Virus record (IMG/VR): IMGVR_UViG_3300031354_000003
Span: 1 to 50,106 of that record
Reading direction: 5' to 3' (one strand)
DNA from: a virus
Taxonomy: Duplodnaviria; Caudoviricetes
Length of the DNA stretch: 50,106 bases
Shown here: in pieces, positions 25,210-34,890 of the stretch
Layout: each line of letters begins with the position of its first letter
Numbering within the stretch: the first letter of the stretch is position 1
Position numbers and translations under genes: made by a program
Notes under the pieces: generated by a model
Told to the model about the DNA's origin: nothing
Databases searched by the model: none
Seen by the model: the letters and a program-made list of their open reading frames with translations, nothing else

Positions 25210-26932
25210 GGAATTCGTCGCTCGGCTCGGCTGGGATGTCGACGACCGGGACCTGAGGCGCTTCAAGAAGAGCGTCGGCGGGCTCAAGCAGACATTTTCG
25301 AACGTCGGTCGCCACGTCCGGAACGTGCTGTTCGGAGCCGGCGGCCTGGCCTACGGGTTTAACCGCCTTATGGGCTCCTTCCGGATGTTCGAGGACGCGG
25401 AGGCGGCGTTCACTCCGATGGTCGGCGGCGCTGAGCGGGCGGCGATGATGGTCGAACGCCTTAACCAAGCTGCGGCCACAACCCCCTACCAGTTCGGACA
25501 GCTGTCGGATGTCGCCTCGCAGTTGCTCGTTACGATGGGTGGGGACATCGACAAGACTATTGAGCGTATGCTTATGCTCGGCGACACAGCGCGCGGGCAG
25601 TCTGACAAATTGCGGAGCATAACCCTCGGGTATAACAAGGCGTTACTCAAGCAGCGCGTCGATATGGAGTCGCTGAACATCATTGTGGAAGCCGGTGTCC
25701 CGATTATTGACGAGCTGGCCGCGGCGACCGGGAGATCGACCAAGGAGATCATCAAGATGGTCTCCCAGGGCAAAGTCAAAACGACCGACCTGACAGAGGC
25801 CTTCCGTCGGCTCACGGCCGAAGGCGGCATGTTTTACAAAGGGATGGAGACTGCCAGTGTGACGCTCAGCGGTCGAATCTCAACGTTCTGGGACCACATC
25901 AAGATTGCAGCGGCTGGTCTCGGGAAAGCCTTCGCCCCGGCGTTGAAAGCTGCGGTCATTGAGTTGACCGACTTGGCTAAAGCCACGGGGCGATGGGCGA
26001 AAGCCAACGAAAGCCTTATAAAGTCAAAGTTCGAGTCGTTTTTGAAAAGCGTTCGCGGGTTGATGAAAGACATCCGGGATTTCGGGCGCCGGGTTTATCA
26101 AACCGTTGAACGTATGGGCGGCCTTACGAATGTTTTTAAGCTGCTCGCCATAGCCGTGGCTGCTGTCAAGCTGGCCCCGTTTATCGCGTCACTGAGCGAC
26201 ATCATAAAAGTAGCCCCCTCAGCCGGTATCGCACTGAAAGCTTTGGCGGCGTCCGCGGCGCCGTTGCTGGGCGTTGGGTTGGCCGTAGGCATCATAGCAC
26301 TGGCAATTGATGACATTGTCACGACCCTGAAGGGTGGGGACTCCGCCGGTTTCCGGCTGGACGAGTACTTAGGTATAAGCCGGGCGGCTCAGGAACTGAC
26401 TGAGTTGCAGACAGCCCTCCTGGGTCTAAAACCCGGCAGCCTTATGCAGATGGTTGTTGACATGACAGGCGGCGACTGGACTGAATTGATCCTGAAGCCA
26501 TTCCGCACTCTCGGAGACATAATCCACAATTATGTTGTCGTCCCACTTTTCAGAGTAGCAACCACCTTTCCGGACATGATTTACTACGGGCTCCGAAAAG
26601 TATACGCGATATTCAGCAAAATGCTAAAGTCAGTAGGTGTCGACATAGGTCAACTCCCAACTACGCCTTTGAGCGACCAGCTTAACCTCGTCCCGGATAA
26701 GGTCGACATATACCGAAATGTCAGGAGACAGCGCCCGGCGGCCAATGTCCTCAAGCCGAGACCGGTATCTGAGGCTGCTCGACGCCAGGAAGCCCCATGG
26801 CTGCCTGGCATGACGCTGACAACGACGGTCAACGCGGTCACCAATGCCGACCCCTCGAGGATTGCAGAGCAGTCTTCGAAGGCCAGCCAGCGGATGCTTG
26901 AACGAGCCCTCCGAAGTTCTGGGGGTGAGTGA
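25193..26932 (+). CDS. Tape measure protein
   Basis: IEEFVARLGWDVD, AATTPY, AGVPI and TLSGRIST..D tape-measure motifs. Confidence 0.92.
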   Translation: MATVIEEFVARLGWDVDDRDLRRFKKSVGGLKQTFSNVGRHVRNVLFGAGGLAYGFNRLMGSFRMFEDAEAAFTPMVGGAERAAMMVERLNQAAATTPYQFGQLSDVASQLLVTMGGDIDKTIERMLMLGDTARGQSDKLRSITLGYNKALLKQRVDMESLNIIVEAGVPIIDELAAATGRSTKEIIKMVSQGKVKTTDLTEAFRRLTAEGGMFYKGMETASVTLSGRISTFWDHIKIAAAGLGKAFAPALKAAVIELTDLAKATGRWAKANESLIKSKFESFLKSVRGLMKDIRDFGRRVYQTVERMGGLTNVFKLLAIAVAAVKLAPFIASLSDIIKVAPSAGIALKALAASAAPLLGVGLAVGIIALAIDDIVTTLKGGDSAGFRLDEYLGISRAAQELTELQTALLGLKPGSLMQMVVDMTGGDWTELILKPFRTLGDIIHNYVVVPLFRVATTFPDMIYYGLRKVYAIFSKMLKSVGVDIGQLPTTPLSDQLNLVPDKVDIYRNVRRQRPAANVLKPRPVSEAARRQEAPWLPGMTLTTTVNAVTNADPSRIAEQSSKASQRMLERALRSSGGE

Positions 26933-27528
26933 TGGCAAGGCCTTGTCTCTTTGGCGATATGTACTTGGATACGGTCACCCGTAGGAATCATTCAGCCCCC
27001 TTGGCGATGACATCCGACCCAATAGAGGACGGGTCCCTGATAGCTGAGCACGTCGCCCCGCAAATCGAGACCCTGACACTTGACGTATCGCTTACCGATG
27101 ACGCTTTTGCGTACTACGGGCCGGATGACGCGGCGATAAAAGCCGCCAATAAGGTGACCTCAAAGGACGATAAAAAGCAATACCTGAAATCGATGAAGGA
27201 CAAAAAAGAAATCATCGATATTGTTTTCGACGACGAAGTTTTTTTTAACTTTGTGCTGCTTGACATACTGGCAGATGAAACCGTCGAGAATTTCTACACC
27301 TACGACGCGACTCTTATCTGCCAGAAAGCCGTGACGTATGAAACCTTGAATCGCAAGGTTCCGCTTTCCAAAATCCGGAAAAAGAAAGTCCAAGCGAAGA
27401 CGGAGCCTGCGATCAAGCAGTCGGAAACTGAGGACGGCGGGGAGGTGGCTATTGAGAAACCGGCATCCGATGCCGAGACAAAAAGCACTTTGGCAGGGGC
27501 TATCGATGCGCTGAGAGGCTTCCTATGA
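26929..27528 (+). CDS. Baseplate/tail tube initiator (Dit-like)
   Basis: TSDPIEDGSLIAEH motif after the tape measure. Confidence 0.7.
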   Translation: MMARPCLFGDMYLDTVTRRNHSAPLAMTSDPIEDGSLIAEHVAPQIETLTLDVSLTDDAFAYYGPDDAAIKAANKVTSKDDKKQYLKSMKDKKEIIDIVFDDEVFFNFVLLDILADETVENFYTYDATLICQKAVTYETLNRKVPLSKIRKKKVQAKTEPAIKQSETEDGGEVAIEKPASDAETKSTLAGAIDALRGFL

Positions 27529-27851
27529 GCGTCGGATTCCTGCCGATAGATGCACAGAAGCCGTCCCAACGGAAGCGAATCACGGTTGATGGCCACAAAC
27601 TCGAGTACCACGTCCGCTGGCAGCAAACGCCCGGAAGGTGGTTCATCAGCTTGGATTGCGATGCCGTTGGCCTGCATTCAAAAGGGCTGGGGCTCGTGAC
27701 TGGTATGGACTTCTTGGCGAACCGAACCCAGGAACAACTTGGCATCCTCATGCTCTTGGATCTCCAAGGGGACCAGGACCCTGACTTCGACGGGCTTGGG
27801 GTCCGGTGGAAGCTGGCTTACGCGCCGAGGGCGGACGTTGAAACCTTCTGA
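27525..27851 (+). CDS. Baseplate protein
   Basis: RW...WFISL...GLVTGMDFL...LG..WKLAY. Confidence 0.7.
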   Translation: MSVGFLPIDAQKPSQRKRITVDGHKLEYHVRWQQTPGRWFISLDCDAVGLHSKGLGLVTGMDFLANRTQEQLGILMLLDLQGDQDPDFDGLGVRWKLAYAPRADVETF

Positions 27852-28683
27852 GAGATATGTCTTCGCGGAGTTCGTTGCGAAAGACGAGGTTGCGGTTGTT
27901 GTGCCCACTGGCGCACGGATTGACTTCGAGGTGCAGACGGTTTCAAGCCACAGAAAAGATACGGCACACCTTACGGTCTACAATCTGAAACCGGAGTCCC
28001 GCGCCAAAATCGGCCGGGATGCTATCGAGATGAACTTGTACGCAGGGTACATCGACCCGCCACCGTTGTTGTTCCACGGCATTATTACGGACACGCCGAC
28101 ATACCGGGACGAAGCCTTTACCGGGTGGCTAGTCGAGGTGTTTGCAGAGGACACCAAGAGTTCCGCTCAGACGGAGGTAATCACCCGGTCCTACGACTCC
28201 GGCACGCTGCTGACCCAGGTTTTTAAAGACCTCGCGGCGGCTGGGGGGCTCGGCTCCGATGTCACCGCGGTGACCGGAAGGCTCACACACCCGCTTCCGC
28301 TGACCGGCCCTCCGGCAAAAATGCTCAGGGCCGCCACAAAGCTCTATGGGTACCGGTACCAGATTAAAAACGGCACGGCAATCGTGGTCGGTGAAAACGA
28401 CCCGATTTCGACGGTCAGCGTCCCGGTCATATCCGGCGAGACAGGGATGAAGGGGGTGCCAACGTCACGCTTGGAACGCAAGAAGGTGAAGGTGACCGCG
28501 GTGTCCCGGCTCAATTCGAACTTGCGCGCTGGGTCATTGTGCTCTATCGAGACTACGGCGACGATCGGCGGGAGGAAAGCTCCAATACCTCCGAAGGGTA
28601 TCTACTTGATAGAGTCAGCTGACTTCGTTTGTGACCCGAATACCTTTCGGACAACAGTGACAGGGGTGCCCTATGAGACCTGA
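27838..28683 (+). CDS. Baseplate hub protein
   Basis: IDFEV, VYNL, LYAGY, LFHG and TGMKGVP; start uncertain (TTG 27838). Confidence 0.75.
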   Translation: MKPSERYVFAEFVAKDEVAVVVPTGARIDFEVQTVSSHRKDTAHLTVYNLKPESRAKIGRDAIEMNLYAGYIDPPPLLFHGIITDTPTYRDEAFTGWLVEVFAEDTKSSAQTEVITRSYDSGTLLTQVFKDLAAAGGLGSDVTAVTGRLTHPLPLTGPPAKMLRAATKLYGYRYQIKNGTAIVVGENDPISTVSVPVISGETGMKGVPTSRLERKKVKVTAVSRLNSNLRAGSLCSIETTATIGGRKAPIPPKGIYLIESADFVCDPNTFRTTVTGVPYET

Positions 28684-29302
28684 GGACGTTCTGCTCGACC
28701 TGTTTGACACCCAGCTATCTGAGATTGGTATGTGGCCTCTACCCGCGACCATCGACACTTTCCACGAGGGATCCGGCTCCCAGGTTGACAGCGCCGACAT
28801 CCAGCTCGAGGTCTCCGTGCGCGGTGTCAGGCCAGCTCTCCTTCGGCGTGTGCCATTAACTTGGATGAGCTGGGGGGACTGGGACATTGTCATAAAGCCG
28901 GCCGCCGGAGACCAGGTGCTAGTCGCTTTTGTCGGGCGCGACATCCAACTATGGTCTGAGGGCATTGATTCGGCCACCGAAACAACGGCGCCGTCGACGG
29001 TGAGTGCGGTCATCTTGGGCAAAATCGCGCGTAAATCGTCGTTCACATCCGGCACAGAAAGCGGCATAACTTTACGAAAACACGATAATAGCGTATCCTT
29101 GACCCTGGACGACCAAGGGCTACATGCCACAGGAGATTTAGATGTGACCGGAAATATAGAGGCAACGGGGGGCATTCAGGCCGGTGGCAATATCACCGCG
29201 GGGATGGCGAACCCGCCCACGTCGGTTTCCGTGTTAAGTCACACGCATTCAGGCGGAACTGGCCCAGGCGGGCTTACAGGAACGCCGACACCCGGAAGCT
29301 GA
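28673..29302 (+). CDS. Baseplate central spike (gp138/gpV-like)
   Basis: GDQVLVAF..RDI..W; C-terminal HTH metal-binding motif (SHTHSG). Confidence 0.85.
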   Translation: MRPEDVLLDLFDTQLSEIGMWPLPATIDTFHEGSGSQVDSADIQLEVSVRGVRPALLRRVPLTWMSWGDWDIVIKPAAGDQVLVAFVGRDIQLWSEGIDSATETTAPSTVSAVILGKIARKSSFTSGTESGITLRKHDNSVSLTLDDQGLHATGDLDVTGNIEATGGIQAGGNITAGMANPPTSVSVLSHTHSGGTGPGGLTGTPTPGS

Positions 29303-29306
29303 TACC

Positions 29307-29663
29307 ATGTCTATTGATTTCAAGCTGGACAAGTACCTCGACCTCGATTTGAGCGCCGGGGACTTGTCGTTTGTCGAGGACGTCGAAGAGGTGGAGCAGC
29401 TGATGGCACAAGAGACGCTGAAAAACTACGATGAAGACGTTTACAAGCCGGAGACCGGAATCAAATGGTTCGGGCGGCCATCTATGTATGATTTTCTCCA
29501 AGACGACAAGTACCGGGAAATGCAGGTCCGAAAGGCTTACACCGACATCCCGGAGGTAACGTCCATCCCCCTTTTGACTTTAAGCCGCGACGAGACGGGG
29601 CTGGTGTCCATAGAGTTCTACGCCAATACGATTTACAACGAACCTGTGATAGGGAACAGCTGA
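29307..29663 (+). CDS. Baseplate wedge/sheath initiator (gp25-like)
   Basis: 118 aa between spike and J; GIKW motif. Confidence 0.65.
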   Translation: MSIDFKLDKYLDLDLSAGDLSFVEDVEEVEQLMAQETLKNYDEDVYKPETGIKWFGRPSMYDFLQDDKYREMQVRKAYTDIPEVTSIPLLTLSRDETGLVSIEFYANTIYNEPVIGNS

Positions 29664-29664
29664 T

Positions 29665-30876
29665 ATGGCTTACATCGACGAGACAGGGATGTCTGTACCA
29701 ACCCAGGCCGAAGTGGTGGCTACCGCTGTCCAGCGGCTGCAAGAACTGCTCGAGGGGCGCTTGCGGAAGGACGCCACCGGACCCGCCCACCGGATTTGCG
29801 GGAACATGCTTGGAGAGGCTAAAAGCGAAGTGCTCGCCGCGTTGCAGGATGCCGTGAGCGCGCTCATGCCGGATCGGTCGTACGGGGAATACCTGACCGA
29901 GCTCATGCGGTTGAACGGTATCGACCGAAATGAAAGCGCATACTCGACGGTCCCGATAACAGTCACGGCCAAGAGTTCCGGCGTGCCGCTGGTGTCGGCG
30001 GGGACTTTTATCATCGGAACGGAAGCTGGGGATAATTATGTCATCACGGAAGACATGGTAATCGCCCCATCTGCGACGGACACTTTTTCGGCCCGCAGCG
30101 TCGACAAAGGGGCCTTCGAAGCGGATGCCGGCGACATCACCCGGATAGTCGAGCCGAAATACGGCGTGGCCTCGGTCACCAATCTTGTGGCAGTGACCCC
30201 CGGCCGAGCGACCGAGTCGGACCCGGCAGCCAGGTCTCGACGGTGGCGGACGGCAAAGGGCGTCGGGATGCACCACCCTTCCAAAATACGCTCGGCGCTG
30301 GAAGACCTTGACGGGGTTACGGACGCCTATGTTTTTGTCAACAGTGGCACAACCTATGCGGCCGACGGGACGCCTCCCGGGTCGATACGAGCTGTCGTAT
30401 GGGGCGGCACAGCCCAGGCCATCGCGGACTCTTTGTTTGGGACCTACAGCGGCATCGGCGCCGTGGCTGCGGGCATTGGCACGTTCGGGGCCCAGTCGGT
30501 TGCGGTATCTGCAGAAGGGCAATCGAGTACCATTTACTATGACGTAGGTACCGACATCCCGATCTACATCAATGTGCTCACGCGGAAAACGGTAGGCCGG
30601 TACCCCAGCAACGGGGACGCGCTCATCAAGAGTTACATCCTGGAATTTTTTAACGGTGACCTGGAAATCGAAGGGGAAACAATCGAAAAATTCGGCCCGG
30701 GTGAGACAGTTTCCGCCGCCCGGATTTACACCCCGGCAAACGTGGTTCCCGGGCACACGATACAAGCTATCTATATCAGTCGGTCGGCCAATCCGTCGTC
30801 AACCGGCGACATCGCTATGGACGTGGACGAGAGAGCCGTTTGCACCGAAGGCCTAATCACGGTGCTAGGTGTATGA
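29665..30876 (+). CDS. Baseplate J-like wedge protein
   Basis: GEYL, GRATESD..R.R, LDGVTDA, PPGSIRAVVWGG and AAGIGTFG. Confidence 0.9.
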   Translation: MAYIDETGMSVPTQAEVVATAVQRLQELLEGRLRKDATGPAHRICGNMLGEAKSEVLAALQDAVSALMPDRSYGEYLTELMRLNGIDRNESAYSTVPITVTAKSSGVPLVSAGTFIIGTEAGDNYVITEDMVIAPSATDTFSARSVDKGAFEADAGDITRIVEPKYGVASVTNLVAVTPGRATESDPAARSRRWRTAKGVGMHHPSKIRSALEDLDGVTDAYVFVNSGTTYAADGTPPGSIRAVVWGGTAQAIADSLFGTYSGIGAVAAGIGTFGAQSVAVSAEGQSSTIYYDVGTDIPIYINVLTRKTVGRYPSNGDALIKSYILEFFNGDLEIEGETIEKFGPGETVSAARIYTPANVVPGHTIQAIYISRSANPSSTGDIAMDVDERAVCTEGLITVLGV

Positions 30877-31463
30877 TGCGAATTGTTCTGGACCCCGGGC
30901 ATCTACACCTTGTCAATGGCGAGTATTTGATTCCCGGCAAGCGGTCCCCAAGGGTGCCGCCAGGCGTTTACGAGGGCGAGTTTAACCGGCGGGTGGCCGT
31001 GCAAGTCTATCGGATGCTGCAGCAATCCGGGTACTCGGTTTTCTTGACGGTGCCGCGGGACGCCCGGGAGAATGTGACGCTTGCGGACCGGGTCGCTATG
31101 GCCGACGACCTGGAAGCCGATGCTTTCATCTCAATCCACGCAAACGCGTCCGACGTGCCCGGGTGGAGCCGTGCGAACGGCGCTGTGATATTCACCGGCA
31201 GTCACACCCGGGACCCGTTGGCTCGTGGTATCGCAGACGGCTTCCAGACGTTCACGTCGATACGCCTGCGACGCGGGGCCGGGGTGGTTGCGAGTCCGAA
31301 GGCATTTTACGTTATCAGAAAACAACGCGACAAGCGACCGGCGGTGCTGGTTGAGTGTGGCTTCATGACCAACCGAAACGACGCCGAGTACATGGCGTCT
31401 GAAGTCGGACAGAAACAGATAGCGCAAGCCATTGTGTCCGGGGTGTATTCATGGGCAAGCTGA
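30873..31463 (+). CDS. N-acetylmuramoyl-L-alanine amidase (Amidase_3), probable endolysin
   Basis: IVLDPGH, E, L.DR, FISIHANA and PAVLVECGFMTN. Confidence 0.93.
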   Translation: MMRIVLDPGHLHLVNGEYLIPGKRSPRVPPGVYEGEFNRRVAVQVYRMLQQSGYSVFLTVPRDARENVTLADRVAMADDLEADAFISIHANASDVPGWSRANGAVIFTGSHTRDPLARGIADGFQTFTSIRLRRGAGVVASPKAFYVIRKQRDKRPAVLVECGFMTNRNDAEYMASEVGQKQIAQAIVSGVYSWAS

Positions 31464-32062
31464 AAGAAGACTTGCTCACACGCATCTTAGAGGCATCCAG
31501 CGATGGCCCGAATTGGCAAGCCTTCGTGACGTGGATCGCCGATGAGTTTGAAGAAGTGATTGAAGCCATCGTGTACTGGCTGCTTGTTGGGACGAACAAG
31601 GACATCGCAGAGGGCATTTGGTTGGGCCGGATAGGCAGACTGGTAGGCGCTGACAGGCCGCCGAACGAGGAGCTCTACCGGGTCTTCCGGGTGCGCGGCG
31701 ATTCAGACCCAAAAATTGACAACCTCCACGGGTTCGGGACACCTTCGAATCCAAACATCGGCGGTTTTCTGTCGGGTATTTGGGGTGTGCCTGCTGACGG
31801 TCTGGCCGGGGATGCCTTGTACCTCGATTTCATCGACGCGAAGATAGCCGCAACGAACGCGGACGCCAGCGTGCCGGGGATTGCTCGGTACCTACAGAAT
31901 GCCTTTGGGCTTGATTGCACGGTATCGGCGTCAAACAGAGTTGTATCCGTTACGATAGGCGACCCATTCGACTATCAAGTCCGCCGATACGTTGGGTATT
32001 TCGCCCCTGTTGTCGCGGGAGTGGAATTCAGAATGACAAACTGGCCGGGAGTTTCCGAATGA
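31451..32062 (+). CDS. Baseplate wedge protein (DUF2612/gpI-like)
   Basis: AEGIWLGRIGRLVG.DR, AKIAA.N and PVVAGV. Confidence 0.75.
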   Translation: MGKLKEDLLTRILEASSDGPNWQAFVTWIADEFEEVIEAIVYWLLVGTNKDIAEGIWLGRIGRLVGADRPPNEELYRVFRVRGDSDPKIDNLHGFGTPSNPNIGGFLSGIWGVPADGLAGDALYLDFIDAKIAATNADASVPGIARYLQNAFGLDCTVSASNRVVSVTIGDPFDYQVRRYVGYFAPVVAGVEFRMTNWPGVSE

Positions 32063-33471
32063 AAAGATTTTCAAGATTGATCAAGTGGGCGTTCAGCGGA
32101 GACCGGTCACCGGCTCGCATCGACGCGGAAAAACTGGCCGGTTGGTTGGAAGGCGAAGCTCCTCTATACACCGAGTGGAACGAAGCTGAATATAGCCGGG
32201 ACCAGCTGATAAACGACACTGCACTCAGGGCAGACCTGAAAGGCCCGATGCCGCCCAACGTAACGCGTCAACGGCTGTGCGCCGGGCTGATGGATGCCAG
32301 CGACCATTGGTATCGTCCGGATTACGGGCACCAGTTTTACGAGCACGCGGCCGCTATCGTCGGCAGTTGCTTGGGGTGGGAATGGCAGACGTCGGAAACC
32401 ATCTATGACAAGCCGGTGATATTCATTGTCGACAGCAACAGCCAGGTTCGAAAGATTTCAAATCTGTGGAACGCCGGGGAGACCATGACGGTATCCTCTG
32501 CGCTCGGGTTGACGTTTCCGTACACCTCTTCGCACATTTTTGACATCTGCAGTGATGCGTCCTATCTCTACGTGCTGTGGGAGCGCAGTTCGACCGGGCA
32601 GCCCTACGTGTCCCGGTACTCGTTAACCAGCTCGCTCGGGCTCGTTCTAACTCCCGACCTATCGACGGCGGTCGATAACAGTGTTGGCGTTTGGACGTCA
32701 TTGGAAGACAGCGGATCACGCATCATTTGCGCGGACGACGACAATCTCGGGATCATGTTGGAGTATACTAACGGGCCTGTCATCTATATCATGGCTAAGG
32801 ACGGGACAACGCAGGACGAGGGCCAAGGGAATCTGGTCGGGCTGGGCGGTGGTGGGAACTATGAGCTGTTGTCACTTTATACGGATGAGACGCGGGTATA
32901 CTGGCTGAACAGAGAGAGGCCCGGGTCCGACGACCTTACATATCTCAACTCGGCTCTTATCTCCGATCCAACAACGTCCGACCTCACGCGCAAACTGATA
33001 GCGACAACCGCGGCCACGTCGCCCAACCTCGCGCCAAGGTCTATCCTCGTACTCCCGGGGGCCCTTGCGCTGACCGACAACACAGGGCGCATTTGGCAGT
33101 ACATCCCGAGCACCGACGCTGTCGACAGCTTGTTGACAATCGACAACCGCGGCACGTGGCCGTACACGGTATCCGATTACTACGGAACGGCTCTCGGGAC
33201 GGACGGCACGTCTTTGTGGCTCCAAAAGCCGGAGGCCGCGGCAGGTCCTGCTGAGTCCATGTCACTGCACAAGATCCCCCTTGGCGTGCTCGGGCTGTAT
33301 AGCAGTAACCCGACGGATTTTGCGACGATTTACGGCAGCCGGATTGATGTCGGAGTCCCGAACATGACCGCCGGGTACTCGTCCGGGAAGTTTCTTTCAG
33401 ACGGCCGGTCGATGTTCTTTGTTTCGCGGGGTGGGTTCGTGCTTCGAATCGCAAACCCGCAAGGGAGGTAA
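32059..33471 (+). CDS. Tail fibre / receptor-binding protein
   Basis: N-terminal KWA...GW..GE.P....WN fibre anchor; beta-rich C-terminus. Confidence 0.7.
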   Translation: MKRFSRLIKWAFSGDRSPARIDAEKLAGWLEGEAPLYTEWNEAEYSRDQLINDTALRADLKGPMPPNVTRQRLCAGLMDASDHWYRPDYGHQFYEHAAAIVGSCLGWEWQTSETIYDKPVIFIVDSNSQVRKISNLWNAGETMTVSSALGLTFPYTSSHIFDICSDASYLYVLWERSSTGQPYVSRYSLTSSLGLVLTPDLSTAVDNSVGVWTSLEDSGSRIICADDDNLGIMLEYTNGPVIYIMAKDGTTQDEGQGNLVGLGGGGNYELLSLYTDETRVYWLNRERPGSDDLTYLNSALISDPTTSDLTRKLIATTAATSPNLAPRSILVLPGALALTDNTGRIWQYIPSTDAVDSLLTIDNRGTWPYTVSDYYGTALGTDGTSLWLQKPEAAAGPAESMSLHKIPLGVLGLYSSNPTDFATIYGSRIDVGVPNMTAGYSSGKFLSDGRSMFFVSRGGFVLRIANPQGR

Positions 33472-33474
33472 GCT

Positions 33475-33636
33475 ATGTTGATTCCGCACGGTGACGGAAA
33501 ATGGTCTTGGAACGACGGGCCTATTTGTGACTCACAAGATGAAGCGCTCAAGACGGCCTCGATACCGGTCTCAGACGAGACCGTGACAACATGCATTGTC
33601 GATATGCAAGAGCCTATGGAGTTGGACGATGAATAA
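33475..33636 (+). CDS. Small hypothetical protein (53 aa)
   Basis: GGGAGG RBS; below the ORF-track cutoff. Confidence 0.45.
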   Translation: MLIPHGDGKWSWNDGPICDSQDEALKTASIPVSDETVTTCIVDMQEPMELDDE

Positions 33637-33811
33637 AAAATGGTATACGTCAAAACTGATTTGGGGCGGTATAGCAATGGCCGTCGCCGGCGTCTATAGA
33701 GCCCTCACTGGCGGCGATGATTCCCTTGACACGGACGCTTTGATGCAGGCCGTCGAGGGCGTCTCTGTGATTGTTTTACGGCTCCTGACGACAAAGCAGC
33801 TCACGAAATAG
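33629..33811 (+). CDS. Putative holin
   Basis: KKWYTSKLIW start, two hydrophobic segments, LRLLTTK basic tail. Confidence 0.6.
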   Translation: MNKKWYTSKLIWGGIAMAVAGVYRALTGGDDSLDTDALMQAVEGVSVIVLRLLTTKQLTK

Positions 33812-33822
33812 AGAGCCTTGGT

Positions 33823-34113
33823 ATGTTCAGCACCGATAAAGACAGAACGACGCGCGACGAAGTTGAAACGATTGTCGAACTGACCACGGCAAAACTTGAG
33901 CTCCGGATGGAGAAATCCCTGAATGAATTGAGGCGGGAGATACAGCAAAACTTCCCGGCGGCCATCGCCCGGGAGGTTGAGAAATGCAGGGCTGAGCACA
34001 AGTCGCACAGTCTCGCTGCCGTCAAACGGACGCGGTGGGGTGTCCAGACTTTTATGTCGATCATCGCCATCGGCATCTCATTCGGAACATTCCTGGTCGT
34101 GTGGCTGCGCTAA
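33823..34113 (+). CDS. Coiled-coil protein with C-terminal transmembrane helix (lysis-associated?)
   Basis: Charged helix followed by FMSIIAIGISFGTFLVVWL. Confidence 0.55.
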   Translation: MFSTDKDRTTRDEVETIVELTTAKLELRMEKSLNELRREIQQNFPAAIAREVEKCRAEHKSHSLAAVKRTRWGVQTFMSIIAIGISFGTFLVVWLR

Positions 34114-34125
34114 GCACACCCGCCA

Positions 34126-34302
34126 TCAACTAAGCATTTTCGGAAGGGGTGTCGACAAGCTGGATTCCGGGCCGACTGCGGATTCTATGATTTTTTTTTT
34201 CGCGTAGGCTTTTTGCCACCCAGGCATCCTTTCAAGGATCCCCTCGGCGGTTTGAACTGCTTTGTCGTCTAAAAAGTTGGTCTTCTCATCCTGGGGTGTC
34301 AT
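34126..34302 (-). CDS. Small hypothetical protein (58 aa)
   Basis: AGGGGAC RBS; last ORF of the leftward arm. Confidence 0.35.
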   Translation of the reverse strand: MTPQDEKTNFLDDKAVQTAEGILERMPGWQKAYAKKKIIESAVGPESSLSTPLPKMLS

Positions 34303-34311
34303 TGTTGTCCC

Positions 34312-34569
34312 CTAGCTCTGCTCGAATGGCGCCTTAGACGGTTCCGGTAGAGACTTCCCAGTCTCGACGTAGTACTGGATAACGTCTATCTTTACAAGCT
34401 GCAGCCTTACGATGGCTTCGTCAATCGTGTCCCCAGTAGCGCTACAAGAACTGTACCCGAAGTCAGGTAGAAATGCGTAAAAATAGCCATCGGTACCATC
34501 CTCGGAGATGAAGAAAATTTGGATGGGGTATTGGACGCTAAACAGCGCCTGTAATTCTTTGTTTTCCAT
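34312..34569 (-). CDS. hicB: HicB-family antitoxin-like protein (orphan, no DNA-binding domain)
   Basis: YPI...EDG..G.F.A.LPDF...CSATGDTIDEA........I......GK.LPEPS. Confidence 0.8.
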   Translation of the reverse strand: MENKELQALFSVQYPIQIFFISEDGTDGYFYAFLPDFGYSSCSATGDTIDEAIVRLQLVKIDVIQYYVETGKSLPEPSKAPFEQS

Positions 34570-34584
34570 AGGTTTTCCTTTCGT

Positions 34585-34890
34585 CTATTCGTCGTAAGAC
34601 TTGCACCAGCAAAGCCGACACCGACCCTGTGAGTCGTCTTTCGGATGTAAAGCGGGCTCGACACCGCAAATCGAGCATGATGGCTGCCCGATGTAGTGCT
34701 CCCGGCACCAAATGCCGGATGGCGTCCATCGGAGCTTATAGGACTTGCAGCGGTGGTACGAGCACTCAAACCGTTGGATTTCCTTTTTTGAATCTTTTGT
34801 CCGGTCGTCGTTTCCATCGACGGCCGGGATTACGATGTACGGCACCTCTTGGGCCTCGTACCACTTCTGCTCGCGCTCTTTAAGCGACAT
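34585..34890 (-). CDS. Cys-rich hypothetical protein
   Basis: Several CxxC motifs; GAGGAG RBS. Confidence 0.55.
   Translation of the reverse strand: MSLKEREQKWYEAQEVPYIVIPAVDGNDDRTKDSKKEIQRFECSYHRCKSYKLRWTPSGIWCREHYIGQPSCSICGVEPALHPKDDSQGRCRLCWCKSYDE

Noticed and set aside
29482-30765. Long antisense ORFs (also 11530..12579, 14795..15646, 43067..44164)
   Set aside because: They lie opposite well-supported genes in GC-rich DNA and show no recognisable motifs.
32059-33471. Diversity-generating retroelement acting on the tail fibre
   Set aside because: No reverse transcriptase and no TR/VR pair noticed.
7043-34113. Stop-codon reassignment
   Set aside because: Core genes are full length in the standard code, and TAA, TAG and TGA all end genes.
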